Source: Acidobacteriota bacterium
GTDB taxonomy: Bacteria > Acidobacteriota > UBA6911 > RPQK01 > JAJDTT01
Reading direction: 5' to 3'
Assembly (NCBI GenBank): GCA_965263035.1
Contig: OZ253580.1
Location: forward strand, 2,880,001-2,944,000
Length of the DNA: 64,000 nucleotides
The notes under the pieces were generated by a model. It worked only from the letters and a program-made list of their open reading frames with translations. It made no database searches and was not told the DNA's origin. Numbering within the stretch: position 1 is the stretch's first letter; the number at the start of each line of letters is the position of its first letter. Positions 39,629 through 50,473 of the stretch are shown piece after piece. The position numbers and the translations under genes are program-made.

Positions 39629-40452
39629 CTAAGCTATCCAAAATTTATCGTCCCCGTGTGACGACCATGGACGCCCCCCCCGAACCCGGAGAGCCGGAAT
39701 GGGGGTTTGACGGGAGTCTGGGGTGCGGATTCCCGGCTCCCAGACGGCCCCAGATCGACACAGAGGGCGTGAGGCATACTGAGCACCTTCGATACACGCT
39801 ACGGCCTTCTACGGAGTCTTTGGGTCAAGTCGTTGATAAAGAGGGATTGATGCAGGATTTGAACAGGACTGTGACCCAAAGACGGGTTCAAAACTTGACC
39901 TAAGGATCGGATCAATACTATCGGGGCACGTATCACGGGCGCGAGGGTTAACGGGCCGTGCTATGGACGAGGCACGCGGGCACGCAGTGAAGAACCCGGG
40001 ATCAAGCAGCGACACTTATGCGGCGGGCGTCCCGGACATCCGCCGAAGGCCCTCCAAACCAGGGCGCTGGGAAAGCCGATACTGGCGCGGATGGAGTACC
40101 GGCAAGGCGTAGTACCCGGACCGTCCGTAAACCGACACGGAGCGGGCTGTCCGGGAGGAAGCTCCCCATCCCACGGAAGACAGACCTCACCTGGTCGATT
40201 CGAGGATAGAATCATCGGCATGTGCGTTCGGATCGCCGCAAAATAGGACTAGCTTTGCCTTCTGCCTGTTCCTATGGAGCTTGAGCGCCTTCCCGATCCA
40301 TAGTTCCTGCGTGCCCTTATAGGTAGACCGTCCAGAAGTCGAAAATCAGCAGGACTAGAATCCACGGAAACGGAACGAGAAGAGTCTGCTTCCAGTTCGG
40401 CTTCTAGTGCCTCCTGATCAAATCGGTTTACAAATTCTCCGCTCGATACAAT

Positions 40453-42794
40453 TCACGGCGCCGGCGCCTGCTTGTATGTAACCTGGAACGACGCATCGCT
40501 GACCAGCCGGTTGAAATTCGGATCGTCCATGAACCTTTTAAACAGCTGGGTGTCGTCCTGTATCACCCCCACCATGACTTGTTCCAGTACCTTGTCGTGT
40601 TCGATGCGTGCATTCTCCCGGTCCGAGTTTTCCTGAGCGTTCCTGTAGGCGGTGTTCTGTGCGACTCGTGAAGGAATCGTTTCAGTGATGAGCTCCAGCA
40701 CACGGTCTTCGTCTTCCCATTGAATGTTCCCGAATAGATCGTTGAAGGTCTGGATGATGTTCGATAAGAGGTCTATCTCGGGCTCCGCACGGCCACCGGA
40801 ACCGTTGTCCGGAATGGGGTCGATCTTGGCGTCCTCATCCGACAGGCGAATTTTCTGCATCGCCCGTTTCTCGACCCGGTAGCTATCCATATCGATGGCG
40901 TCGAGAACGCCCTTGGACAAATCCTCCTCTCGCGGGGACGGTAACTTTGAGACCAGGAAGTTCAGGAAAATCGAGCGTTCTTCCCACTTCGCGTTGTTGT
41001 ACGGAAGGATCGAAGAGAGGAAGGCGTAGGTTCTCAGGAACACTTTGGCCTGGCGCTTGAACTGAACTTGCCCATCTTCGTCCAGGTCCTGCTCGTACAC
41101 CGCCACGCAAGCATCGAGGATGGGATCAAGCTCCTCGCGGTCCTCGCCAGCCAAATAGCGCGACACGAAGTCTTTGATCTGCTCAAAGGAATAGACCTGT
41201 GCGCCGTCCAGGTCTGCCTGGAGGTCGTGCAACTTGTTGGGATCGGTTTCTTCGGACAGGATCGTCGCTCGATAGTAGTCCGCGAAGGCGTCGCGGATGG
41301 TGTCCGATTCGTTCAGGAAATCCAGCACGAATACATCGTGCTTCTTGGGATGAGCCCGGTTGAGCCGCGAGAGGGTCTGGACCGCCCTGACGCCCGAGAG
41401 CGTCTTGTCCACGTACATCGTATGCAGCAGAGGTTCGTCGTACCCGGTTTGGAACTTGTCCGCGCAGACCAGAAAGCGGTACGGATCCTCCTGGAACCTC
41501 TCGGCAATCTTGTTCGAAGGAAAGCCGTTCAGTGTGGGCTCGCTCACCTTCGCCCCGCCGTATTCGTGCTCGCCCGAGAAGGCCACGATCGCCTGATAGC
41601 GGCTCTTTCGTTCCTTCAGGTAGGCGCGGATGGCATGGAAGTACTGGATCGCGCGTTTGACGCCATTGGTGACGACCATCGCCCGGGCTTTGCCGCCGAT
41701 CTTGCCGTGGGACAGCACCTGCGTGTGGAAGTGGTCCACCATGATCTCCGACTTGAGGCGGATCGCATGGTCGTGTCCCTCAACGTAGAGCCGCAACTTC
41801 TTGCGGGCCCTTTTCGCTTCGAACTTGGAATCGTCCTCCACCGCCTTGGCGAGCTTGTAGTAGCTCTTGACCGGCGTGTAGTGCCGCAGCACGTCCAGGA
41901 TGAAACCCTCCTGGATCGCCTGTTTCATGCTGTAGGTGTGAAAGGCGTGATGCTGGACCGTACCGTCGGGCTGCCGGTCCGGGTCACCAAAGCTCTCCAA
42001 GGTCTTGTTCTTCGGGGTTGCGGTGAAGGCAAAGTAGCTGGCGTTGGGAAGGAGCTTGCGCGACTCCATCAGGCGGTTGATCTGATCCTCGTAAGTCTCC
42101 TCTTCCGCGGTTTGTCCCGCCTTGCCCAGCGCCTGGGCCATGGCTGCTGCGGTGCGGCCGCCCTGGCTTGAGTGCGCCTCGTCAATGATGATCGCAAAGC
42201 GGCTCCTACGATGTTCGTTCCCGATCTCATCGAGAATGAATGGGAACTTCTGGATCGTCGAGATAATGATCTTTTTTCCGGACTCGATGAAACGTCGCAG
42301 GTCGCCCGAACGGTCGGCGTGCCCTACCGTCGAGCGCACTTGGGCGTATTTCTTGATCGTGTCTCGGATCTGCCTGTCGAGGATGCGGCGGTCGGTGACA
42401 ACTATGATTGAGTCGAAGACTGGAGCTTCGTCCTTTTCCAGCCGGATCAGTTGATGGGCCAGCCATGCGATCGAAAAGCTCTTGCCGCTGCCCGCCGAGT
42501 GTTGGATCAGGTAACGCTTACCCGCTCCGTGGGCTCCCGCATCGTCCAGGAGCCGGCGCACCGCGTCGAGCTAATGGTAGCGGGGCCAGATCTGGACTCG
42601 TCTCTTCTTCCCCGTCTTGGCGTCCTTCGATTCCACGATTTGGGCGTAGTTCTCAATGATGTTGGTCAGGCTCCGGCGGATCAGCACTTCGCGCCACATG
42701 TAGTCTGATCGCAGGCCGTTCGGGTTGGGCGGGTTCCCCGCACCGTCGTTCCAACCTCGGTTGAAGGGCAGGAACCAGGAGGCCTTCCCCTGCG
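40453..42794 (-). pseudogene. hsdR: Type I restriction subunit R, 5'-truncated with internal stop
   Basis: QHSAGSGKS, IIDEAHSSQ, FTATP, KFQTGYD; TAG at 42571-42573 in PRYH*LDAV; nuclease domain absent; no hsdM/hsdS nearby. Confidence 0.88.
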
Positions 42795-42844
42795 GACTGT
42801 TTCTATAATTTCCTTAAATTATTCAATATATTTGACTCCCCGAA

Positions 42845-42862
42845 GGTAGTGTCCTCGTCTGA
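42845..42862 (-). repeat. 18-bp cassette-end motif TCAGACGAGGACACTACC
   Basis: Matches the 31075 copy at 15/18; ~50 bp from the hsdR breakpoint. Confidence 0.7.
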
Positions 42863-42874
42863 GGAGAATACGGC

Positions 42875-43200
42875 ATGGAGAACGGATCAAAATACCTTCT
42901 AGCAGCTTGCATCTTGGTTTTGCTGTCGGCAAGTCCTGTGAACGCCGCTCGCATTGTGAATGAAGCAAGTGGAATCGCTTGTTACTCCACGCAAGACCTT
43001 CTGACTGCCCACAGTGCCTTCGATTTTTCGACCAAAGTCAGTTGCAGCTTCTAATTGCACAGAACAAGTGCTTCGTGATGCAGAAGAATTGGCGTGTCCG
43101 CCAATTCCATGAAGAGCGGACTATTAACGGGGTGAACGTGAAGATGGTTCTGGTTCGACTCGATACGAGTATCGACATCCCATCGCGTGGACATTGTTAG
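42875..43200 (+). pseudogene. Frameshifted secreted hypothetical protein
   Basis: GAGGAG RBS; signal peptide MENGSKYLLAACILVLLSASPVNA; continues in another frame. Confidence 0.45.
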
Positions 43201-43332
43201 CGAACCTTACCTCGCCGTAACCTTAGTCAGCAATGTCAGCCTTGAATGGCATCATCAAGAGAATGAAGTTCGGGAAGGCAGGGGTTTTTGTTGACTCTGG
43301 ACGAGATTCTCCGGGGCGCGGATGAAGAGTGG

Positions 43333-43680
43333 CTAGCTACCCGACGACCTGCGATTGAGCGGATCAGAAGGGCGCGTCTGCTGGCATCTCTGGAAAAACC
43401 TGATGATTTCATCACATGTTTTGATAGTTTCCTCAAAGTGTTGCCGCTGAGTGCTGGGAACTTTCTGACGCATAACCTTCGTTAACCACTCTAGATTGCT
43501 AATAAGCAACTTTCTGTTTGAACACTGAGCTATTAACGCATATATGACAATCCATTGGGCGATGCTGTCTCCACGCAGTTCCTCTGTTTTATTGTGCGCT
43601 TTGCCGGCGTGTTGATATGCGTCATCGTACAGACTGGTGAATAGTGCAATGTCTTTATCGGTAAATTCCAGCTTCCCCAT
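43333..43680 (-). CDS. Hypothetical helical protein
   Basis: 115 aa from MGKLEFTDKD; AT-rich coding. Confidence 0.5.
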   Translation of the reverse strand: MGKLEFTDKDIALFTSLYDDAYQHAGKAHNKTEELRGDSIAQWIVIYALIAQCSNRKLLISNLEWLTKVMRQKVPSTQRQHFEETIKTCDEIIRFFQRCQQTRPSDPLNRRSSGS

Positions 43681-43993
43681 TTTTGATTCCCCCCGAGCAA
43701 CCTCCGCTTGAATCCATGTCATTGGATGGCGCGAAATCGGCTCGATTTTACTAGAACCAGAGGGAAAAAGCACCCAGGACGTTCAGGCTCACCACCAAGA
43801 AAGCTCCAGCCGCCGCCAAATCCGAACCGATCCATTTGAGAGGATGGTGAAAGGATCTGACATCTTTTCCCGAGCCTCCTTTCTCGGACTCACTGTGCCC
43901 AGGCCACGAACAGTAACGCGCCCATCCCTATCCAGCCTTTCGATGCGTTCCTGAGGGATGGGCCCCGACCTAGAATGATGCGGACCCGAGCGG

Positions 43994-46900
43994 TCATATG
44001 TCTCGATCTTCAGGTTCGATCGGATCTGGAAGATCTGCCACAACGCGAACCGTCTCGATGCTGACCTGGACGATTCGCCGAACTGACGAGATCAAATCCC
44101 GCGGATCCTCAAACCAGCCGTTGGGATCGTTGGTGAGACCGCTTCGCGTGTCTCGCTTGATGTAGTAGCGGTCGATGAACCATTCGATCGGCGTCCGTCC
44201 GTTGACGTCGTACTGTTGGGCGGCCGCCGGAATTCCCCGCAAGCGAATATGCTCGTTGACCACGAGCTCGGTCCTATCAGAGTCGGCCCATTTCATCTTC
44301 TTCGTTCCGATCCGGAAGTGCTCTGGTCGAGGTTCTCCCGGCTGGGCATGGTGCAACTCCAGCGGACACTCCTTACAGGTCTCATAGCCGAGATGAATTC
44401 GCGCGAGTTCTCGTCCGGCTGTGGCGAAGGTGCGGAAATCAGGCGCGAAAGGAATGCGCGGGAGTTCCTTGGACAGATCATTGGAGAAGCGCTTGCGATA
44501 GGCGGGGGCGTGTAGAACGCCATAGATGTAGTCGAAGATCTCATCCTTGGTAATCGTGTTGTCCTTGTAGCGCACTCGAAAAGCTCGCAAGGCCTTATCG
44601 GAGATATTGTCGACCCGCTCCAGTTTCTGCGCATGGCCGGGAAGAGCACGCTGCGCGTTCGCCGGCTGGCGATACCGGTAGCGCGGAAAGCATTGGCCCT
44701 TCGAAATCAACTCTAGGTCCGGCATCGAGTTGACCACCAGGGCGGAAAACGGCTTCACTGATCCGACGCCCGGAACACAAATGGCTCGGTTCTCACTATT
44801 GGCCGCCGGGAAGATGCGGTCCATCTGGTACTTGTTGTTCACAAGCACATATTCAACGTAGCAGTGCTGCTTGACGAAAGCCCGGTACGACGTTGCCCAT
44901 ATCCTGTCCGGGTCATACGCCACTTTCTTCCGGCGTCTTAGGTTATTTTTCAGTTCTCGATCCCACCGGACATGCGAGGAATGAAGGCTCGCGAGGCTCT
45001 CCACTAGATCTTGTAGATCTTGGGCTTCGACTCGACTTTCCTCCAATTCCCGCAGAGCTCCAAGATAATCACCCACCATTTTCCGGGCGTTCTCGGCGCA
45101 GGCATCGCGGGAGAAGTTGTAGATGTAGGCGTCTCGACTCGTGGCGAAGCCTCTCGAATAGAGCTTGAAGATGGCGTCGTCAGTTTTACCTGACTTCGCC
45201 GTCTTTGTTCCCATCGGGTAGAATTTCTGGAACGCCTCGTTGCGTTGGTCGATCCAGTCATCGTGGCGATCGGGCGTAATCCTCCGCCAGTCCTTAATGC
45301 CGTCGATCGACTCCGCTGTACGCAGGATCACCAGCTTCTCTTCACGCTTGAGGTAATCGCCGATATCCCGGTAGAGGATGCGGCAGCCTTCATGGTCGGC
45401 TTCCGGATTGCGTACCAAGATCGTAATCGCTACTGGAGCTCGCGACCCTTGCCCGAAAACGTTGTCTCCTTCCGAACGGCGCCTATCGCCCGATGTTCTT
45501 GCATTGCCCCGCATGTTTAAAACGTAGACTGAACTGAACTCCTCCACCAGACAGGCGCGCACGCCCGAATCCACGTTGCCGTCTATCCAGGAACCATTGG
45601 TGACCACGGCAACGACACCCTGCTCACCGATCCGGTCTGAGGCCCATCGGATCGCCATCTTGTAGGTGTCGTAGAGGCTGTTCTTCAATGTCGCTCGGGA
45701 CCGCGCCGCATAGGTAGCAGCGACGCGCCCCTTTAGTTTGGGATAGTCGACGTTGGGGTTATCATCCGCCGAACTTCGCTGCCCTGCCGACCACGGCGGA
45801 TTGCCAACGATGACCTGGATCGACGTCTTCCGCTGGCGTTCCACCCGTTCACTGTTGTCCGGCAGCCAGTATGCGGAGAACTCTCCCTGTCCCTTGTTCA
45901 GATTGAAGGTGTCGGTCAACACGATGCCTTGGAACGGCTGGTAGGCACTCTCAGGGCCTCGCCGGCCATGAAACGCCTCTTCGATATGGATGGCCGCAAT
46001 GTAGTAGGCCAGCAGCACGATTTCGTTGGCGTGGAGCTCTTTCTCGTACTTCCGGGCCAGATCGACTTCTCGGATCAGCGCAGACTGGATCAGGCGCACC
46101 AGAAAGATGCCGGTGCCGGTGAACGGATCCAGGACGTGGACATCCTCGTCCCCCAGTCCCCGGCCGAACTCTTCCCGCAACACGTGGTCCGCACTGTTGA
46201 GGATGAAGTCCACGACCTCGACTGGCGTGTAGACGATGCCGAGCCGGTCCGCTTCCTTCTTCAGCGCCGTGGCGAAAAACTTCTCGTACAGCTCCATCAG
46301 CACGCGCTGCCGCGCTTGACTGTTGTCCAGTCCCCGGGCGCGAAGCCGTACGCTTGCATAGAAGGGCTCCAGATCTCGGGTCTCGTTCTCCAAGCCGAAG
46401 TCCCCGAAATCCTTCCGCAGGGCATCGAGCGCTTGGGCTACCGGGTTGCTGGCGGCAAAGTCATAGTGCTCGAACAGAGCCTCGAAGACCGGCTGTGTCA
46501 GGACATGCTGAGCCATCATTTCGACGGCATTTTCGCGGGTGATCGACTCGTTGATCGAAACCTTGAGTTCTCCGTGGAAAGCCTCGAACCACTCGCGCAG
46601 AAGGTCATTTTCGGGGACGTCGAGAAGACCCTCGATCCGGTAGACGAGCCGCTGGAAGATATCGGCCACGTCCTTGGCCCAGGTCTCCCAGTATTTCCGG
46701 TCGCCACACTTGTCAACGATCTTGGCGAAGATCGCTCCGGGGGGCAGATCCAGAGGGGGAAAGGGCAATTCGGGGAGGAGAGGGCCAGGCGTCGGATCGT
46801 CGATCCCGCCTCCACCGAAGATGATCCGACTCGTCGGCGTGTTGTTGAGATCAATCTTGTTGATCTCGGCATCGAAGCGGTCGTCGTGCGAGCGTAGAGC

Positions 46901-48763
46901 ATTCAGTACGCTCCAGACCACAGCGAAACGATCATCCTCATCGAGTGCCCGGGCTGGATCAACTCCCGCCCGCACCGCGATGGGGAGAATGATGTAACCA
47001 TACTTCTTGCCCTCGGCCTTGCGCATGACCCGACCAACCGCCTGAACAATATCCACCTGCGATTTCCGCGGATTCATGAACAACACCGCGTCCAGCGCCG
47101 GCACGTCGATGCCCTCGGATAGGCACCGGGCATTCGAAAGGATGTGGCAGGCTCCATTGGAGTCGCCTCTGAGCCACTCGATACTGGCCTTGCGATCCAG
47201 GGCGTGGTGCCGCCCATCCACATGGCGCGTCTCGCACCGAAATGCTTCCGATCGCTCGCTTTCGGGTAGCTGCCGGATGGCCTGGTCCACGATCGTTCCC
47301 CAATGAGCCACAAATTGTTGAGAAGATATAATCGTATTCGTGAATGCGATGGCACGTTTGAGAGCAGCGATTGGTCCCTTGTCTGGGGTCCGGTTCTCCG
47401 GATTTTGCAACGCGCGCCAGCAACCGACGATTTTTGCCGTGTCACTTAGGTTGATCTCGGACCCGCCTGAGACCGCCGCAAAATGCGCCTGCAACGTCGC
47501 ATCGACATGCTGTTCAGAGATAGCGAAAACAACCACCTTATAGTCGGACAATAGATCCTGCTCGACGGCCCGGGAGAAGGGGAGACGGTGCAACTCCGGC
47601 CCGTAGGTCGCCGGATCGTCCATGGAGAAGACTTCGACTTCGTGACGGGCTGCCTTCCTCTTGGCTCCTTCCGTATAAAGCCGGGGCGTCGCGGTCATGT
47701 ACAGGCGCTTCGCCGCCCGAATTCTCTTGGCGTCGTGAACCAGTACGAAGGGAGACGTCTTGTCACCGGGGCGCTCGATGCCGGTCGTTCGATGGGCCTC
47801 GTCACACAGGACGAAATCGAACGGCGGCGCCCCTTCGTCCTGTGCCTGCTCCACGATCCCCAGCGAGTGGTAGGTGCAAAAGACGACCGTCATCGTGTTC
47901 GGCCGTAATTCCTGTAACGCCTTGGAGATTGACGACGGGTCCGTCGTGACCGGGATCTCGAGTTCGTGAAGGGAGGCGTCCTCGTCATTGCGGCCGGCGC
48001 GTGTATCCGAGCAGATCCCGATATAGCGGTGAGGGACCTCCTGTTGCGTCGCCCATTCCCGCATCGACTGCTGGAACAGAGAGATCGACGGCACCAGGTA
48101 AAGGGCTCGGCCCCCGACGCCCGCCACCTCTTCCGCGATGCGCAGCGCCGTAAAGGTTTTTCCCGTGCCACAGGCCATGATCAGCTTGCCGCGATCTTGA
48201 TCCTTGAAACCGCCGATCACGTCATCGAATGCAGCTTGCTGGTGCGGGCGCAGGTGGAACGGTTCGGCCCGTAAAGACAGATCCTCCGGTTGGTCTTGAA
48301 CCAGGTCCGGCCAATCGAAGGGACGGCTGGCAAGATCGCCAAAGCGAACCACTTGGAAAGGGAGGCTCAGCGCTCTTATCGTGTTGCGCGCCGTTGGCCC
48401 CCACGAGTCTCCGGTATCGACGAAGAGACGACCGGTGAAGGGTTCGCGAGCTGAGGCCGAAATGAAGGAATCCAGATGGGGTTTCGAAATCCGCGTCCCG
48501 GCCGCGTAGCATTTGCATTGAATCGCGCAGTAGCCGCCCTGGCTCTCTTCGGCGACCAGATCGACTCCCGTATCGGTTCCCGTAAACCCAGGCATGTGCT
48601 GGACCCACTCGGACCAGAGCCAGACCTGGGAGAACCGACCCTTGTAGTGGGGATCCTCGGTAAAAAACGTCTTCATCAGACGTTCGAAGAGGCGGCCCTG
48701 GTGAGCTGTGGAATCAGCGATGGACCTGAGATGATCCAAGGTTTTTTGGAAGCTGACACTCAT
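43994..48763 (-). CDS. Type ISP restriction-modification enzyme (LlaGI/LlaBIII-like)
   Basis: Mrr-like DTGVDLVA..AIQCKCY nuclease; SF2 helicase MACGTGKT and DEAH; N6-MTase LDPFTGTG and VGNPPW; ISP C-terminal domain; 1589 aa intact. Confidence 0.93.
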   Translation of the reverse strand: MSVSFQKTLDHLRSIADSTAHQGRLFERLMKTFFTEDPHYKGRFSQVWLWSEWVQHMPGFTGTDTGVDLVAEESQGGYCAIQCKCYAAGTRISKPHLDSFISASAREPFTGRLFVDTGDSWGPTARNTIRALSLPFQVVRFGDLASRPFDWPDLVQDQPEDLSLRAEPFHLRPHQQAAFDDVIGGFKDQDRGKLIMACGTGKTFTALRIAEEVAGVGGRALYLVPSISLFQQSMREWATQQEVPHRYIGICSDTRAGRNDEDASLHELEIPVTTDPSSISKALQELRPNTMTVVFCTYHSLGIVEQAQDEGAPPFDFVLCDEAHRTTGIERPGDKTSPFVLVHDAKRIRAAKRLYMTATPRLYTEGAKRKAARHEVEVFSMDDPATYGPELHRLPFSRAVEQDLLSDYKVVVFAISEQHVDATLQAHFAAVSGGSEINLSDTAKIVGCWRALQNPENRTPDKGPIAALKRAIAFTNTIISSQQFVAHWGTIVDQAIRQLPESERSEAFRCETRHVDGRHHALDRKASIEWLRGDSNGACHILSNARCLSEGIDVPALDAVLFMNPRKSQVDIVQAVGRVMRKAEGKKYGYIILPIAVRAGVDPARALDEDDRFAVVWSVLNALRSHDDRFDAEINKIDLNNTPTSRIIFGGGGIDDPTPGPLLPELPFPPLDLPPGAIFAKIVDKCGDRKYWETWAKDVADIFQRLVYRIEGLLDVPENDLLREWFEAFHGELKVSINESITRENAVEMMAQHVLTQPVFEALFEHYDFAASNPVAQALDALRKDFGDFGLENETRDLEPFYASVRLRARGLDNSQARQRVLMELYEKFFATALKKEADRLGIVYTPVEVVDFILNSADHVLREEFGRGLGDEDVHVLDPFTGTGIFLVRLIQSALIREVDLARKYEKELHANEIVLLAYYIAAIHIEEAFHGRRGPESAYQPFQGIVLTDTFNLNKGQGEFSAYWLPDNSERVERQRKTSIQVIVGNPPWSAGQRSSADDNPNVDYPKLKGRVAATYAARSRATLKNSLYDTYKMAIRWASDRIGEQGVVAVVTNGSWIDGNVDSGVRACLVEEFSSVYVLNMRGNARTSGDRRRSEGDNVFGQGSRAPVAITILVRNPEADHEGCRILYRDIGDYLKREEKLVILRTAESIDGIKDWRRITPDRHDDWIDQRNEAFQKFYPMGTKTAKSGKTDDAIFKLYSRGFATSRDAYIYNFSRDACAENARKMVGDYLGALRELEESRVEAQDLQDLVESLASLHSSHVRWDRELKNNLRRRKKVAYDPDRIWATSYRAFVKQHCYVEYVLVNNKYQMDRIFPAANSENRAICVPGVGSVKPFSALVVNSMPDLELISKGQCFPRYRYRQPANAQRALPGHAQKLERVDNISDKALRAFRVRYKDNTITKDEIFDYIYGVLHAPAYRKRFSNDLSKELPRIPFAPDFRTFATAGRELARIHLGYETCKECPLELHHAQPGEPRPEHFRIGTKKMKWADSDRTELVVNEHIRLRGIPAAAQQYDVNGRTPIEWFIDRYYIKRDTRSGLTNDPNGWFEDPRDLISSVRRIVQVSIETVRVVADLPDPIEPEDRDI

Positions 48764-48904
48764 CCCTTGATTCTCTCCGAACTGGATGGCATGTGAAAGG
48801 CTCCGATCCCCAAACCCGATCCTTCCGATTTCAGGCGGAGCATCGATGAAGAGACAGACATCCAGTGATCACCCGACCAGGAATGAGCTACCCGACAGCA
48901 GGGA

Positions 48905-49426
48905 TTGGACCAGAGACAAATTCCAGAACTCGTAGGATCTATCTACCGTTTCAATTCGTTTGCCACACCCCCCGGGCTTCGGACAGAGGCGCTTACGGAA
49001 GCGAGGACGGTCTACGACGAAAGAAAGAGCCAGCATTACCGGAAGCTGTCGCCGGTTGTGGGACGGCTCGCCGAAGCGCTTGCCAGGGACGGTCGGTTCG
49101 CGGCGGAAGACAGGATCCTAGACATTGCCACCAGTCTGGAACGGATGTATGAGCTGGGCGGCGGAGAGATATCCCACAAGATGCGTACGCGGGCATCGTG
49201 GTTTCTGGGTCGGGATGCCGAAGACCGAATTCGGGTCATGGAATCCATTCGGCACTTCTACCGCGTACGGTCCGAAATCGTGCACAAAGGGAAGCGAAAG
49301 GCATCGGCGGAGAGATACCGAGAGGCGTTCGACACGGGATTCGACATCGCGGCACGAACGCTGTTCAAACTCTTGAAGGAAGGCCCGCCCGGCAATTGGG
49401 AGAAATTGGTGATTGCGGGAAGGTGA
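48905..49426 (+). CDS. ApeA-like HEPN domain protein, probably a C-terminal fragment
   Basis: LDIATSLERMY...YRVRSEIVHKG with RxxxxH motif; no convincing start. Confidence 0.65.
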   Translation: MDQRQIPELVGSIYRFNSFATPPGLRTEALTEARTVYDERKSQHYRKLSPVVGRLAEALARDGRFAAEDRILDIATSLERMYELGGGEISHKMRTRASWFLGRDAEDRIRVMESIRHFYRVRSEIVHKGKRKASAERYREAFDTGFDIAARTLFKLLKEGPPGNWEKLVIAGR

Positions 49427-50062
49427 AGTGTAAGGCTGACAATGGGTGCCTGGCGCGGGGGAAGGTTTTCGGATCGGAAAAATCACTCGAACTGAATGCC
49501 GGCGTGGAACTGCTAGCGCTGCTGCGCGGGCGGAGGCGGATGCCGACGGCGTATCTGCGGGGCCTCACATAGCGCTCCTTGGAACGAAATCGACTCCCAG
49601 GCGAATGAATCGCGCATTCCCGCAAGGCTCATCCTGGAAGGAGAGTCTGGGGCGTGGTTTAGATTATGATAAAGTACATTATACAACCTTATTTCTGGCA
49701 TAGATCTGGAACTGGAGGCCAGGATCCCGAGTTCAAGCTGATGGTTTGATCCACCTAGTTGACAGCCCTGAAGGCCCGGCAGCCGGCCGGGAAATCCGGG
49801 CATGGTCGACGATCGGCGGCTGGCGCTGAACACCCTGTCTTGAGTCCCTGGAGCCGTCTCGAACTCCGGATCCGCGCCGGTGAGGGACGTCCGCGGCGGT
49901 CTTGAGGCCGATGCCTTTCCCTGATGCTGCTAGCTGGAGGCCCAGTGCCGTCAAGAAGCCATGAGCCAGCATCAAGCTTCGGATGCGGTACGTGGCAGCG
50001 GCGTCCGGCGGCCTCGTAGTAACAATATCGGGAGGAATTTACGACTATTACTAGTTTGTGGT

Positions 50063-50293
50063 TCAGAGAACTGAGCTACCTGCTTCGGCTCTGCTCCGTC
50101 CCTCGCCTGTTGCGACTGGTCTGGACTCAAGCCATTCGTCGATATCGGACCTAAGCCAGCCAACGGCACGACTCCCGAGTTGAAAGGAAGACGGGAACTT
50201 ACCCTGTTTTTGGAGTCGCCAAATTGTGGCTCGGCTGAGCCCGACTACTTGACAGACTTGATTTGCTCGGAGGATTTGCGGTTGGACGTTCAT
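50063..50293 (-). CDS. AlpA family regulator/excisionase
   Basis: LRANQVCQVVGLSRATIWRL...FPSSFQLGSRAVGWLRSDIDEW. Confidence 0.92.
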   Translation of the reverse strand: MNVQPQILRANQVCQVVGLSRATIWRLQKQGKFPSSFQLGSRAVGWLRSDIDEWLESRPVATGEGRSRAEAGSSVL

Positions 50294-50473
50294 TCAAGGA
50301 CTCCTTTCGTCGAAGCCATCTCCTTCGCAAATGGATGGCTTGCGTCGAGTTCTAGAGTCCTGTCAAATGTCCGACCCTATCTGAGATCAGACACTAGAAC
50401 CTGTAAACTTATCTTGTAACCTAAGCTTCGTAACCTCGTCACCTTTCATTTTCTCTTACTTCTACATGCGGCG

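Noticed and set aside
39630-40450. Short ORFs between the IS1182-like element and hsdR
   Set aside because: No recognisable motifs or RBS; treated as non-coding or decayed DNA.
42571-42573. Programmed read-through of the TAG in hsdR
   Set aside because: The gene is also 5'-truncated; a CAG-to-TAG nonsense change is simpler.
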